A stretch of 60,617 bases of DNA from an uncultured Candidatus Saccharibacteria bacterium (GTDB lineage Bacteria; Patescibacteriota; Minisyncoccia; Phycocordibacterales; PALSA-1337), in the NCBI GenBank assembly GCA_964358005.1, contig CAYHNH010000001.1:144775-205391 (forward strand). Reading direction: 5' to 3'. The first letter of the stretch is position 1; each line of letters opens with the position of its first letter. The translations under genes and the position numbers were made by a program. Positions 26,451 to 35,869 of the stretch are shown here, one piece after another. Below the pieces are notes generated by a model. That model did no database searches, was not told the origin of the DNA, and saw only the letters and a program-made list of their open reading frames with translations.

Positions 26451-27062
26451 ATGAAATTCATTTTAGGAAGAAAACTCAATATGACCCAGATCTACGGCGG
26501 CGACGGCTCTGCCATTGCGGCTACAGCTGTCGCTGTCCGCGGCAACGTTGTCACCCAGATCCGCACTAAGGACGTGGACGGCTATGAGGCTGTGCAGGTC
26601 GGGGAGGGCGCACGTAACGTGAACAAGATCGCCAAGCCGCAGAAGGGCCATTTCAAGGAGTTGGGCAGTTTCGCCAGCGTCTCTGAATTCCGTGTGGATG
26701 CTCCTGTCGTCAAAGTTGGCGACAAGATCGAGCTCACACAGTTCGCTCCGGGCGACACAGTCGCGGTCTCAGCTATTTCCAAGGGAAAGGGCTTCCAGGG
26801 CGTGGTCAAGCGCCATGGCTTCAAGGGTGGTCCCCGCACTCACGGCCAGAAGCACTCCGAGCGCGAGCCTGGCTCTATCGGCGGAGGTCTCCGTACTCGC
26901 GTGCCAGTCGGCACCCGCATGGCCGGTCGCATGGGCAGCGATCGCATCACAGTCAAGAACCTCAAGATCGTCCACGTTGATTCGGCCGAGAATATCATGT
27001 ATGTTTCCGGAGCTATCCCGGGACGCCGTGGCACTCTAGTCGAGATAGTCTCTGCCAAATAA
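26451..27062 (+). CDS. rplC: 50S ribosomal protein L3
   Basis: GRKLNMTQ, SKGKGFQGVVKRHGF, MAGRMG. Confidence 0.98.
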   Translation: MKFILGRKLNMTQIYGGDGSAIAATAVAVRGNVVTQIRTKDVDGYEAVQVGEGARNVNKIAKPQKGHFKELGSFASVSEFRVDAPVVKVGDKIELTQFAPGDTVAVSAISKGKGFQGVVKRHGFKGGPRTHGQKHSEREPGSIGGGLRTRVPVGTRMAGRMGSDRITVKNLKIVHVDSAENIMYVSGAIPGRRGTLVEIVSAK

Positions 27063-27073
27063 TCATCACTACC

Positions 27074-27742
27074 ATGGAAGCCATTTTATACAACCAGGAA
27101 GGAAAATCAGCAGGTAAGTTCGCTCTACCGAAGGGCATATTCGATGTTCCTTGGAACAATGACCTCGTCCACGAAGTCGTTCGCCTCATGAATTCGAACT
27201 CGCGCACCAACGTCGCCCACGCCAAGACTCGCGGCGAAGTCCGCGGTGGTGGCAAGAAGCCTTGGAGGCAGAAGGGCACAGGCCGCGCTCGTCACGGTTC
27301 CTCGCGTTCACCTATATGGGTAGGCGGTGGTACCACTCACGGCCCTCGCAATGAGAAGAATTTTGACCGTAAGATCAACAAGAAGGCCAAGACCAAGGCG
27401 CTCCTCACTATCCTTTCGCGTAAGTACAAGGATGGCGAGATCCTGTTCCTCGATGGCGTGAACTTCGCCGCTCCGAAGGCCAAGGAGGCAAAGACTGTCC
27501 TCCTGTCGCTCTCGAAGATCAAGGGCTTCGAGAAGCTCGGCACCAAGAAGGCCAACGCCGCTATCATCGCTCTCGAGAAGAAAGTCGCGAGCGTCGAGAA
27601 GAGCTTCCGTAACTTCGGCAATGTGAGCGTCGAGGAATTCCGCAATATCAACCCGGTATCGCTTTTGAATCACACCTATCTCATCGTCGCTAACCCGGCC
27701 GAGTCGCTGAAGGCGCTTACCGCTAAGGGCGAGAATAAATAA
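27074..27742 (+). CDS. rplD: 50S ribosomal protein L4
   Basis: KTRGEVRGGGKKPWRQKGTGRARHGS. Confidence 0.98.
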   Translation: MEAILYNQEGKSAGKFALPKGIFDVPWNNDLVHEVVRLMNSNSRTNVAHAKTRGEVRGGGKKPWRQKGTGRARHGSSRSPIWVGGGTTHGPRNEKNFDRKINKKAKTKALLTILSRKYKDGEILFLDGVNFAAPKAKEAKTVLLSLSKIKGFEKLGTKKANAAIIALEKKVASVEKSFRNFGNVSVEEFRNINPVSLLNHTYLIVANPAESLKALTAKGENK

Positions 27743-27748
27743 ACTATC

Positions 27749-28189
27749 ATGGCATTACTCTGGTCAAAAAAGCCGAAGGCAGAAACGAATTACAGCGAAG
27801 AGACTCGCAAGCTTACGAGTTCTGGCAAATCTGCCAAGGGAAAGGTTGTGAAGAGCGAGAAGTCTACAGCTGCTCCCAAGGCAAAAGCGGTCGCCCTGCC
27901 GTCAGGCCATTTCGACGATGCCGCAGGAGCGATCATCCGTCCTCATATCACGGAGAAGTCAGGTCTCTTGAGCCAGGCGGGCACGTACACCTTCCAGGTC
28001 GCTTCGGGAGCGAATAAGACTGCTGTCGCCAAGGCGGTCAAAGCTCTCTACAAGGTGACCCCGGTCAAGGTGGCGGTCATCAACCTTCCGGCCAAGAAGA
28101 TATTCGTGAAGGGCCGCATCGGCACCGTTTCGGCTATGAAGAAGGCCATGGTCACTCTGAAGAAGGGCGACAAGATAGATTTTGTATAA
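27749..28189 (+). CDS. rplW: 50S ribosomal protein L23 (N-extension)
   Basis: IIRPHITEKS, KKAMVTLKKG. Confidence 0.96.
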   Translation: MALLWSKKPKAETNYSEETRKLTSSGKSAKGKVVKSEKSTAAPKAKAVALPSGHFDDAAGAIIRPHITEKSGLLSQAGTYTFQVASGANKTAVAKAVKALYKVTPVKVAVINLPAKKIFVKGRIGTVSAMKKAMVTLKKGDKIDFV

Positions 28190-28204
28190 AAGAACACCAT
28201 TATC

Positions 28205-29059
28205 ATGAAAACATACCGACCCACAACCAAATCGCGCCGACATATGACGACTTTGCCGTTCAAGGAATACTTGACTGCGAGCGAGCCGTACAAGCCGCTG
28301 ACGTCAGGTTTCAAGCGCGACGTGGGCAGGAACGCCCACGGCCGCATCACCGTTCGCCACAAGGGTGGGGGGCACAAGAAGCTCTTCCGCGACGTGGATT
28401 TTCTCTATGACAAGAAGGACATCAACGCTACGGTCAAGACCGTGGAATATGATCCTTTCCGCACTGGCTACATAGGTCTGGTGAGCTACAAGGATGGCAC
28501 CAAGCGCTATGTTCTCTTGCCGAAGACCATGAAGGTCGGCAATTCATTCATCGTATCCGAAAAGGCCCCGATCGAGATAGGTAACAGACTACCGCTCAAG
28601 AGCATTCCTGTCGGAACATTCATATACAACATAGAGATCAAGCCTGGATCAGGAGCCAAGCTCGTCCGTTCGGCTGGCTCATTCGCGCAAGTTGTCGCTA
28701 ATGACGCAGGTTACACCCACATAAAGATGCCTTCTACCGAGATCCGCAAGATCCACGATCAGGCCTGGGCCTCTATAGGTGCCGTCTCGAACGAAGAGAA
28801 TCGCCTGGTCTTTATCGGTAAAGCCGGCCGCTCTCGCTGGATGGGCATACGCCCGACAGTCCGCGGTACCGCACAGAACCCTGTGGATCACCCATACGGT
28901 GGTGGTGAACAGCGTCAGGGCCGTGGTCTCCGTCGTTTGAAGACTCGCTGGGGCAAGCCTGCTGGCAAGGGTCAGAAGACTCGCACTCCGAAGAAATACT
29001 CGAACGTATTCCGTGTGTCTCGCCGCCAGCCTGGCCGTTTGATGAGGAAGGGCAGTTAA
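28205..29059 (+). CDS. rplB: 50S ribosomal protein L2
   Basis: GRITVRHKGGG, EYDP.R, RPTVRG..NPVDHP.GGGE. Confidence 0.98.
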   Translation: MKTYRPTTKSRRHMTTLPFKEYLTASEPYKPLTSGFKRDVGRNAHGRITVRHKGGGHKKLFRDVDFLYDKKDINATVKTVEYDPFRTGYIGLVSYKDGTKRYVLLPKTMKVGNSFIVSEKAPIEIGNRLPLKSIPVGTFIYNIEIKPGSGAKLVRSAGSFAQVVANDAGYTHIKMPSTEIRKIHDQAWASIGAVSNEENRLVFIGKAGRSRWMGIRPTVRGTAQNPVDHPYGGGEQRQGRGLRRLKTRWGKPAGKGQKTRTPKKYSNVFRVSRRQPGRLMRKGS

Positions 29060-29074
29060 AGTATAATTTCCATC

Positions 29075-29194
29075 ATGTTCAAATTCCTATCAGGCGGTGT
29101 GAAAGGCTTTATCGAATCTCTCCTCTATCAAGTCATCGGCGTGGAGCGTAACGCTAAGATCGCCCTCAAGGCCGAAAAGAAGAAGGATAGATAA
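29075..29194 (+). CDS. Unannotated 39-aa small ORF MFKFLSGGVKGFIESLLYQVIGVERNAKIALKAEKKKDR
   Basis: TATAAT 7 nt before ATG; amphipathic helix plus basic tail; ends at a terminator hairpin. Confidence 0.55.
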   Translation: MFKFLSGGVKGFIESLLYQVIGVERNAKIALKAEKKKDR

Positions 29195-29226
29195 AAAAAC
29201 GCCGCCCAGTTGAAGCCGGGCGGCGT
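29193..29226 (-). terminator. Terminator of the inserted minus-strand genes
   Basis: acgccgccc..gggcggcgt with A run on the plus strand. Confidence 0.75.
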
Positions 29227-29255
29227 CGCAACAAAGAACTACAGCGTGAGATCGG

Positions 29256-30344
29256 TCACCCTCGACCCGGATTCGTTGGCATCGGGTCGGTGTTCGGGTA
29301 GTCGAACCGGAACACCATAAGCTTGCCGGTGGTCCCCACCCAAGACGAGGGGGAGCGGAGACTGATCTCCGTCCATTTCATCTCCGGGTTGGCCCAGTAG
29401 GCGGCTGCGTCGACGTAGTAAACGGCGGTCGGCATCTGGCTCGCTGGCATGCCCGCCGGAAACGTGAGGGTTCCGGTGACCATGTTTGTGAACTTGATCC
29501 GCACCAGTTTGTCTCCGGGTTGGAACACGAGGTTGCTGGTGTTGTCCGGCAGACTGCGCTCGCCCGTGATGTTCGGGGTGAAGCCCGTCGCGGTCACAGG
29601 CACAACCGGCTGCAATGATCCGTCGCCGCCGTATACCAACCGGTCCCCGTTACTGCGTGTAACGTAGATGGTCGTATTTGGTCGTCCGGCGAATTCGCTG
29701 CCGAGGATGAGGAATCCGTTGTTTTGGTCCACCCGGTTACCGGAGTTGAAGTCGTAGACACTAACGACATTGCCTTTGTTGTCAGTGGTGACCGCTTGGG
29801 CGCCCTGGATAGCGAAGAACTGCACCGGCACCCAATTCAACGATTCGATCGGTATCTGGAGTGCCGCCACCGGAACTTCCCACAAGCCGGTCAGCACATT
29901 CTTCACCAGGGTGAATTGGGCGTGGCCGACGAACAGCGTGAATTGATTACGCATGTCCGGTGTCCGCCACCCATAGGTGATGTCGGCATCGATCGGCTTC
30001 GTCGGATCGACCCGATAGTCCAGCTTGATGGCCCGCACCTTTGCGGTCATGCTGGCCGTATCGATGTCGCCGGCGGTGTAGTCGACTTCATCGCTGGTTT
30101 TGCCGCTCGCCGAACCGCTCCAGTTGCTGAGGTAGAGCTTGTTGACGAGCCCTTCCGCGAACAGCTGCATTTCGGCCTTCGAGCCGGTCGGCAGTTTGGC
30201 CGGCGGCGGTGTGAGCGCCGGCTGGGTCGGGGTCGGGACAGTCGGGACGGGGACAGTCGGGGCGGTTTGGGCCGTCACGACGAGGGAGTTGAGGAACAGC
30301 GCGGCGATGAGCAGCGCGGTGATTTTGATGACGTTTGCTTTCAT
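29256..30344 (-). CDS. Secreted hypothetical protein (Pro/Thr linker, beta-rich)
   Basis: Signal peptide ending VTA-Q; PTVPVPTVPTPT; visibly GC-richer than flanks. Confidence 0.7.
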   Translation of the reverse strand: MKANVIKITALLIAALFLNSLVVTAQTAPTVPVPTVPTPTQPALTPPPAKLPTGSKAEMQLFAEGLVNKLYLSNWSGSASGKTSDEVDYTAGDIDTASMTAKVRAIKLDYRVDPTKPIDADITYGWRTPDMRNQFTLFVGHAQFTLVKNVLTGLWEVPVAALQIPIESLNWVPVQFFAIQGAQAVTTDNKGNVVSVYDFNSGNRVDQNNGFLILGSEFAGRPNTTIYVTRSNGDRLVYGGDGSLQPVVPVTATGFTPNITGERSLPDNTSNLVFQPGDKLVRIKFTNMVTGTLTFPAGMPASQMPTAVYYVDAAAYWANPEMKWTEISLRSPSSWVGTTGKLMVFRFDYPNTDPMPTNPGRG

Positions 30345-30408
30345 TTTTCTCTGTGGATTTTCTCTGCAATTGACTCTGACTCTGAGATTGTTGTTTGTGT
30401 TTGCTTGC

Positions 30409-30645
30409 TTACGGTTTTTTCATGACCGGCGTGGCGCCCTTGTAGACGACACGGACCATTCCGTCCGGTCCCATGACGCCGATGGGCTCCTCGGAGGGAG
30501 TCGCAGGGGCGGGGGGAGGGGCGGACGTTTTGGCAACAGTCGCCGGCGCTTTGGGCGCCAACGGGATGTTACGGTTGAAGTAAACAGCGAATAGGCAGAT
30601 GCCCACCGCGCAAACGGCCGCGAGGCCGTAGACGATCTTTTTCAT
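30409..30645 (-). CDS. Small membrane-anchored Pro-rich protein
   Basis: MKKIVYGLAAVCAVGICLFAVYF; co-oriented with the 362-aa gene. Confidence 0.5.
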   Translation of the reverse strand: MKKIVYGLAAVCAVGICLFAVYFNRNIPLAPKAPATVAKTSAPPPAPATPSEEPIGVMGPDGMVRVVYKGATPVMKKP

Positions 30646-30769
30646 GGTTGGAGGAGGTTGAGGGAGTTACAGGTTGAAATAGCCGGCTAAAAACAACTAA
30701 TCTCAGGGCACAGAAATGCTCGAGATTCGCGTATTTTCAAGGGGCTACCGATAATTGGGTTCGCCGGCA

Positions 30770-30798
30770 ACCTTAGCATAAAGCTAGCCAAATGTCAA
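30770..30798 (-). promoter_or_regulatory. sigma70 promoter of the inserted operon
   Basis: TTGACA-N17 (ending tgc)-TAAGGT on the minus strand. Confidence 0.55.
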
Positions 30799-30901
30799 GG
30801 GTCACTAGTGGCATAAGCGATTCCGGTCGGTGGGAGATTGACTTAAAAATACGGCTCTGCTACTATGCCTCCAAGCTCTATCGGAGCTATTTTCTTTCAA
30901 T

Positions 30902-31252
30902 ATGTCACGTTCACTAAGCAAAGGCCCATTCATCGAGGAATCCCTCCTCAAAAAGATCGTCGGCAAAAAGCCTGCGCAGACGGGTACTATCAAGACCTGG
31001 TCGCGCCGATCCCAGATCTCGCCGGAAATGGTGGGCTTTACCTTCGGGGTATATAACGGCCGCATGCACATAGACGTATTAGTCACCGAGGATATGGTTG
31101 GACACCGCCTCGGTGAATTTTCGCCTACTCGCAAGTTCGTGAGGCACGGAGGTAAGATGCAGAAGGAGATCGAGCTCAAGGCCAAGGAGGCCGAAGTCGC
31201 TTCAGCTCAGGCAGCCAAGGCCGCTTCTGATGCCGCCGGAACCAAGAAATAA
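30902..31252 (+). CDS. rpsS: 30S ribosomal protein S19
   Basis: [29 protein letters not shown]. Confidence 0.98.
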   Translation: MSRSLSKGPFIEESLLKKIVGKKPAQTGTIKTWSRRSQISPEMVGFTFGVYNGRMHIDVLVTEDMVGHRLGEFSPTRKFVRHGGKMQKEIELKAKEAEVASAQAAKAASDAAGTKK

Positions 31253-31260
31253 TCACTACC

Positions 31261-31647
31261 ATGATCACCGCCTCCCTCCAAAACTATAGGATCACACCGC
31301 GCAAGGTGAGGCTGGTCGCAGATATGATACGCGGCAAGGGCGTCGCAGAGGCCAAGAACATCCTGGACAATGCCAATAAGAAGGCCAGGCATCCCATTTC
31401 GGCCCTCATAGACTCTGCTGTAGCCAATGCTTCCCATAACCACAAGATAGAGAAAGGCAATCTTTTCATAAAGGAGATCCGGGTCGACCAGGGCTACGTG
31501 CTCAAGCGTTCCATGCCGATGTCGCGCGGTTCCGCATTTCCGCTGAAGAAGCGCACCAGCCACATCAGTATCATTCTTGCGCCGGCACCGGAAAAGAAAG
31601 CGAAGAAGACTGTGAAGCCTGCCGCAACCAAAGCCGCCAACAAATAA
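31261..31647 (+). CDS. rplV: 50S ribosomal protein L22
   Basis: TPRKVRLVADMIRG, SAVANA, KRTSHI. Confidence 0.98.
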   Translation: MITASLQNYRITPRKVRLVADMIRGKGVAEAKNILDNANKKARHPISALIDSAVANASHNHKIEKGNLFIKEIRVDQGYVLKRSMPMSRGSAFPLKKRTSHISIILAPAPEKKAKKTVKPAATKAANK

Positions 31648-31648
31648 C

Positions 31649-32332
31649 ATGTCACATACCGTCCATCCATATTCACACAGGCTAGGGATCATACGCGACT
31701 GGAAGAGCCGCTGGTTCTCGACGGACAAGAATTATCGCACTGCCCTCAAGGCCGACATCCTCATGCGCGAGTTTCTCACCAAGGAGCTCCGCGCTTTTTA
31801 CCTCGGTGGCATAGAGACAGAGCGCACCAGGAAGACTATCCGCGTCATCGTGAAGACTTCGAGGCCAGGCATGATCATAGGGAAGGCAGGAGACGGTGTA
31901 GTCAAGTTGCGCGAGAAGGTGCTCAAGCTCTTGCGCACTAACAAGATCGACCTCGGAGGGCAGGAGCTCAAGCTAGATATCGAGGAGATACGCAGTCCAG
32001 AGTCCAATGCGGCCATAGCGGCTATGATGATAGCCGAGGCTCTCGAGAAGCGTCTGCCTTTCCGCCGCGTCATGAAGCAGATCATCGAGAAGATCATGGC
32101 AGTAAAGGAGGTAAAGGGAGTCCGCATATATCTGGGCGGCCGTTTGGGCGGGGCCGAGATAGCGCGCTCAGAAGAGATGAAGCGCGGCCGCATCCCGCTC
32201 CAGACCCTACGCGCCGACATCGATTTTGCCAGGGAGAAGGCTCACATGACCTATGGCGACATCGGCATCAAGGTTTGGATATACAAGGGTGAGATCTTCA
32301 AGAAGGACCAGGAGAAAGGAGCCAATAAATAA
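31649..32332 (+). CDS. rpsC: 30S ribosomal protein S3
   Basis: RPGMIIGK.G, GRLGGAEIARSE, PLQTLRADID. Confidence 0.98.
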   Translation: MSHTVHPYSHRLGIIRDWKSRWFSTDKNYRTALKADILMREFLTKELRAFYLGGIETERTRKTIRVIVKTSRPGMIIGKAGDGVVKLREKVLKLLRTNKIDLGGQELKLDIEEIRSPESNAAIAAMMIAEALEKRLPFRRVMKQIIEKIMAVKEVKGVRIYLGGRLGGAEIARSEEMKRGRIPLQTLRADIDFAREKAHMTYGDIGIKVWIYKGEIFKKDQEKGANK

Positions 32333-32341
32333 GAAACTACC

Positions 32342-32767
32342 ATGCTAACTCCTAAGAAAGTCAAACATCGTAAGTGGTTCACCATGAGGCAGCATCCTGC
32401 CAAGGAGGCTTCGCATGCCGAGACTCGCGGCCTTAAGATCGCCTTCGGCTCGTATGGGCTCAAGGCCGTCACCTATGCTCGCGTCACCTCGAACCAGATC
32501 GAGGCGGCTCGCAAGGTTGCGATGCACCACGCCGGCAAGACAGGCAAGATCTGGATCCGTATATTCCCGGACCATCCTTTCACGCAGAAGCCTGCCGAAG
32601 TGAAGATGGGTAAGGGCAAGGGCGACCTCCAAGGCTTTATCGCTGTGGTCAAGCCGGGCCGCATCATGTTCGAGATCGACGGTGTCGAACCCGCGGTCGC
32701 CGAGGAGTGTATGCGCAAGGCTGGCACCAAGCTGCCGCTCAAGACCAAGATAATCAGCCGCAAATAA
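32342..32767 (+). CDS. rplP: 50S ribosomal protein L16
   Basis: QIEAAR, WIRIFPD.P, MGKGKG. Confidence 0.98.
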   Translation: MLTPKKVKHRKWFTMRQHPAKEASHAETRGLKIAFGSYGLKAVTYARVTSNQIEAARKVAMHHAGKTGKIWIRIFPDHPFTQKPAEVKMGKGKGDLQGFIAVVKPGRIMFEIDGVEPAVAEECMRKAGTKLPLKTKIISRK

Positions 32768-32768
32768 C

Positions 32769-32954
32769 ATGGATACCAAAGAACTCAAAGCAAAGACGCC
32801 AGCCGACCTGGCCAAGATGATATCGGAGAAGCGCGAAGCGCTCAGAGTCTTCCGTTTTGGTGCCGCCGGAGCCAAGTCCAAGAATGTCCGCGAGGGCCGG
32901 ACCATCAGGAAGGACATCGCCAGGATTTTGACAGTCCTCAATACAAAAGGTTAG
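32769..32954 (+). CDS. rpmC: 50S ribosomal protein L29
   Basis: RKDIARILTVLN; operon position. Confidence 0.95.
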   Translation: MDTKELKAKTPADLAKMISEKREALRVFRFGAAGAKSKNVREGRTIRKDIARILTVLNTKG

Positions 32955-32965
32955 ACTCAACACCC

Positions 32966-33229
32966 ATGGCCAACATCCCCGCAAAAACCAATGAGACCCA
33001 GCCACGACGCCAGACATTCACTGGCAAAGTGACTTCGGCGAAGATGAAGGATACGGCCGTCATTGTCGTAGAGCGCTATGTGAAGCATCAGAAATACGGC
33101 AAATTCATGAAGAAGCAGACCAAGATCATGGCCCATGATGCCGGTAATACCAAGAAAGAGGGCGAGCAGGCCACTGTCGAGGCGTGTGCTCCCATCTCCA
33201 AGAATAAGGCCTTCAAGATCATCGCCTAA
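32966..33229 (+). CDS. rpsQ: 30S ribosomal protein S17
   Basis: GKVTSAKMKDT, KH.KYGK, AHD, PISK.K. Confidence 0.96.
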   Translation: MANIPAKTNETQPRRQTFTGKVTSAKMKDTAVIVVERYVKHQKYGKFMKKQTKIMAHDAGNTKKEGEQATVEACAPISKNKAFKIIA

Positions 33230-33250
33230 CGATCCAATCCCAATACTCCA

Positions 33251-33622
33251 ATGATACAGCCACGCTCAATAGTCAAAATAGCAGATAACTCCGGTGCAAA
33301 GATCGGGCGCATATTCAAAGTCCTTGGCGCATCAAAGAAGCGCTGGGCCGAGATAGGCGAGATAGTCGTGCTTTCGGTCCAGAAGGCCGAGCCGCGAAAG
33401 GCGGTCAAGAAGAAAGACGTCCTTCACGCGGTGGTCGTCCGCCAGATCAAGCCGACCCGCCGAAAGGACGGATCGTACGTCCGTTTCGACGAGAACGCAG
33501 TGGTCATCATCGAGAAGGGCAAGAAGGAGCCGATCGCCGGGCGCATCTTCGGCCCGATCCCGCGCGAGATCGCCGAGGCCGGCTTTCAGACCATAGCTTC
33601 GCGCGCTTCAGAGATAGTTTAA
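33251..33622 (+). CDS. rplN: 50S ribosomal protein L14
   Basis: ADNSGAK, RFDENAVV, RIFGPI.RE. Confidence 0.98.
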   Translation: MIQPRSIVKIADNSGAKIGRIFKVLGASKKRWAEIGEIVVLSVQKAEPRKAVKKKDVLHAVVVRQIKPTRRKDGSYVRFDENAVVIIEKGKKEPIAGRIFGPIPREIAEAGFQTIASRASEIV

Positions 33623-33626
33623 ATAT

Positions 33627-33845
33627 ATGCATATCAAGAAAGGAGACACAGTCGTAATATTGTCCGGCGATGACAAAGGCAAGACAGCCAAGGTCCTTCA
33701 GGCCATGCCTAAGGAAGGCAAAGTCCTCGTCGATGGCGTGAACATCGTGAAGAAGCACGAGCGTGCCAGGAAGGAGGGTCAGAAAGGCCTGGTCGTCGAT
33801 CGCGCCATGCCTATAGCCGCCTCCAAGGTAAAGCTTGCAAAATAA
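33627..33845 (+). CDS. rplX: 50S ribosomal protein L24 (short, 72 aa)
   Basis: IKKGDTVVILSGDDKGK KOW motif; VDGVNIVKKH. Confidence 0.95.
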   Translation: MHIKKGDTVVILSGDDKGKTAKVLQAMPKEGKVLVDGVNIVKKHERARKEGQKGLVVDRAMPIAASKVKLAK

Positions 33846-33846
33846 C

Positions 33847-34407
33847 ATGGCCTACAAATCAACATTTGAATTGAATAAAGAATCGTGGAAGGCTCTCCAG
33901 GCCAAGCTCGGGCTCAAGAATCCGATGCAGGCCCCGCAGCTGTCCAAGATAGTCATATCTAGCGGCTTCGGTTCGGTGAAGGACAAGAAGAAGATAGAGC
34001 TCATCGCCGACAGGCTCGCTAAGATCACCGGCCAGAAGCCGGCAGTCCGCGTGACCAAGAAGGCCATCGCTACATTCAAGACCCGCGAAGGTGATCCCAT
34101 CGGCTACCAGGTCACTCTCCGCGGCAACCGCATGAATGAATTCCTGGATCGTTTGATCCACGTGGCATTGCCTCGTACTAAGGACTTCCGTGGCCTCTCC
34201 CGCACTTCAGTAGACGCTATGGGCAACTACACTATCGGCATCAGGGAGCATACTATTTTCCCGGAAACTGCAGACGAGGACCTCAAGGACGTCTTCGGTA
34301 TGGCCATCACCATCGTGACGACTTCGAGCGACAAGAAGGCCACTCTCGCATTTTTGGAACATCTAGGTCTGCCTTTGAAGAGGGAAGAAGAAGCCAAGAA
34401 GAAATAG
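33847..34407 (+). CDS. rplE: 50S ribosomal protein L5
   Basis: ITGQKP, VTLRG.RM, LPRTKDFRG. Confidence 0.98.
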   Translation: MAYKSTFELNKESWKALQAKLGLKNPMQAPQLSKIVISSGFGSVKDKKKIELIADRLAKITGQKPAVRVTKKAIATFKTREGDPIGYQVTLRGNRMNEFLDRLIHVALPRTKDFRGLSRTSVDAMGNYTIGIREHTIFPETADEDLKDVFGMAITIVTTSSDKKATLAFLEHLGLPLKREEEAKKK

Positions 34408-34450
34408 GAAACAAGGGCTGCCAGGTGCAACGGCGCCGCTATTGTGAGAA

Positions 34451-34969
34451 TCATGCAGTTGTCAGCGTTCCTTCGTACATCGCCTTGAGCTTCGTGAGAC
34501 CACGGTGGACATGCACTGCTAGGGTGTTCGTGGTCATTCCGGTGCGCTCTGACATCTCTGAGAGGGTGAGATGCTCCATGAAGCGCATCCTGATCGCTAG
34601 GCGGTACTTGAGCACCAGCCGATCAACGAAGACCGCTGCCATCTTGCCATCGAGAGTGTCGATGATCCTATCATGATCGTCGGAAGACGGTTCGTAACCA
34701 GACTCCATCAAGGCATCCAACGATGTGGCCTTGCGCTTGCGGTATTCGTCTACGATCAGATTATTGAGCACGTGATACAGGAAGGCCTTCATCACGATGA
34801 CTTTGCCGCCGCGCTTCAGATAGTTCCAGGTCTTCAGAAAAGTCTCCTGGACGAGGTCCTCGCCCGTCTCGCGATCGCATACCTTGAATGATGCGTGGGC
34901 ATTGAGACCTTTTTCAAAGTCGTGGTGTGCCGTTGCGAACATATCCTGCATCGAGATAAGGGTGCTCAT
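34451..34969 (-). CDS. ECF sigma-70 factor
   Basis: EDLVQETFLKTW, KAFLYHVLNNLIVDEYRK, region-4 HTH ..VHVHRG. Confidence 0.9.
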   Translation of the reverse strand: MSTLISMQDMFATAHHDFEKGLNAHASFKVCDRETGEDLVQETFLKTWNYLKRGGKVIVMKAFLYHVLNNLIVDEYRKRKATSLDALMESGYEPSSDDHDRIIDTLDGKMAAVFVDRLVLKYRLAIRMRFMEHLTLSEMSERTGMTTNTLAVHVHRGLTKLKAMYEGTLTTA

Positions 34970-35195
34970 TTGATTTTGTACGTTAGTGGGATCTGTTTCG
35001 AAGATTTAATAAGAATTTAACAATAGCCTTATCCTCGTATATAAGCAAGGGCCCGGGTCTCTTTTTGTGCGCTCTGCAGGGACAATGTGGGGATAGCTTT
35101 AATATATTTTTAATATATGGTATGCTACATGGGTCAAAAGGGACGATAGGAATGCCATTGCCGAACTCTTAAAAGAGTGTCATAACTAAAAAGAA

Positions 35196-35867
35196 ATGAA
35201 AATACTCATCGTGGAAGACGAAAAGAAGCTATCAGAGATACTGAAAAAAGCCCTTACAGGAGAAGGTTATTCGGTTGATACGGCCCTCGACGGGGTATCC
35301 GGCCTCCGGAAAGCCCTAAAAGGCCAGTATGGCTTGATCATCCTGGATATAATGCTCCCAAGGAAGGATGGTCTGGAAGTGTGCGCCGAGCTGCGTGCCC
35401 GCCATATCCACACGCCAGTTATCATGCTCACGGCTCGCACGACGGTTGAGGATCGTGTAAAAGGCTTGGACATAGGCGCGGACGATTACATGACTAAACC
35501 TTTCGGTTTGGATGAGCTGTTCGCACGCATAAGGGCAGTGCTCCGCAGGAGGAAGACGGCCGACGCGCTCACCCTTAAGGTCGACGATCTCGTCATGAAT
35601 ACGAAGAAGCACGAAGTCCGCCGGGGAGGAAAGGCCATAGCGCTCACTCCAAAGGAGTACCGCCTTTTGAATGCGTTGCTCCGCCATAACGGAGAGGCTT
35701 TGACTCGACGCCAGCTTATCGACGTTGTCTGGGATGAGAATTTCAAGGAAACTAATAATGAGCTTAATGTCCACATGCGCTATTTGAGAAGGAAGATGGA
35801 CTCGAGCCCATCGAAGCAGCTTATCCATACTGTCCGCGGGGTCGGTTATTCTCTCGGCGTGAAATAG
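35196..35867 (+). CDS. OmpR/PhoB-family response regulator
   Basis: ILIVEDE, ILDIMLP, GADDYMTKPF, LTPKEY, IHTVRGVGY. Confidence 0.96.
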   Translation: MKILIVEDEKKLSEILKKALTGEGYSVDTALDGVSGLRKALKGQYGLIILDIMLPRKDGLEVCAELRARHIHTPVIMLTARTTVEDRVKGLDIGADDYMTKPFGLDELFARIRAVLRRRKTADALTLKVDDLVMNTKKHEVRRGGKAIALTPKEYRLLNALLRHNGEALTRRQLIDVVWDENFKETNNELNVHMRYLRRKMDSSPSKQLIHTVRGVGYSLGVK

Positions 35868-35869
35868 AT

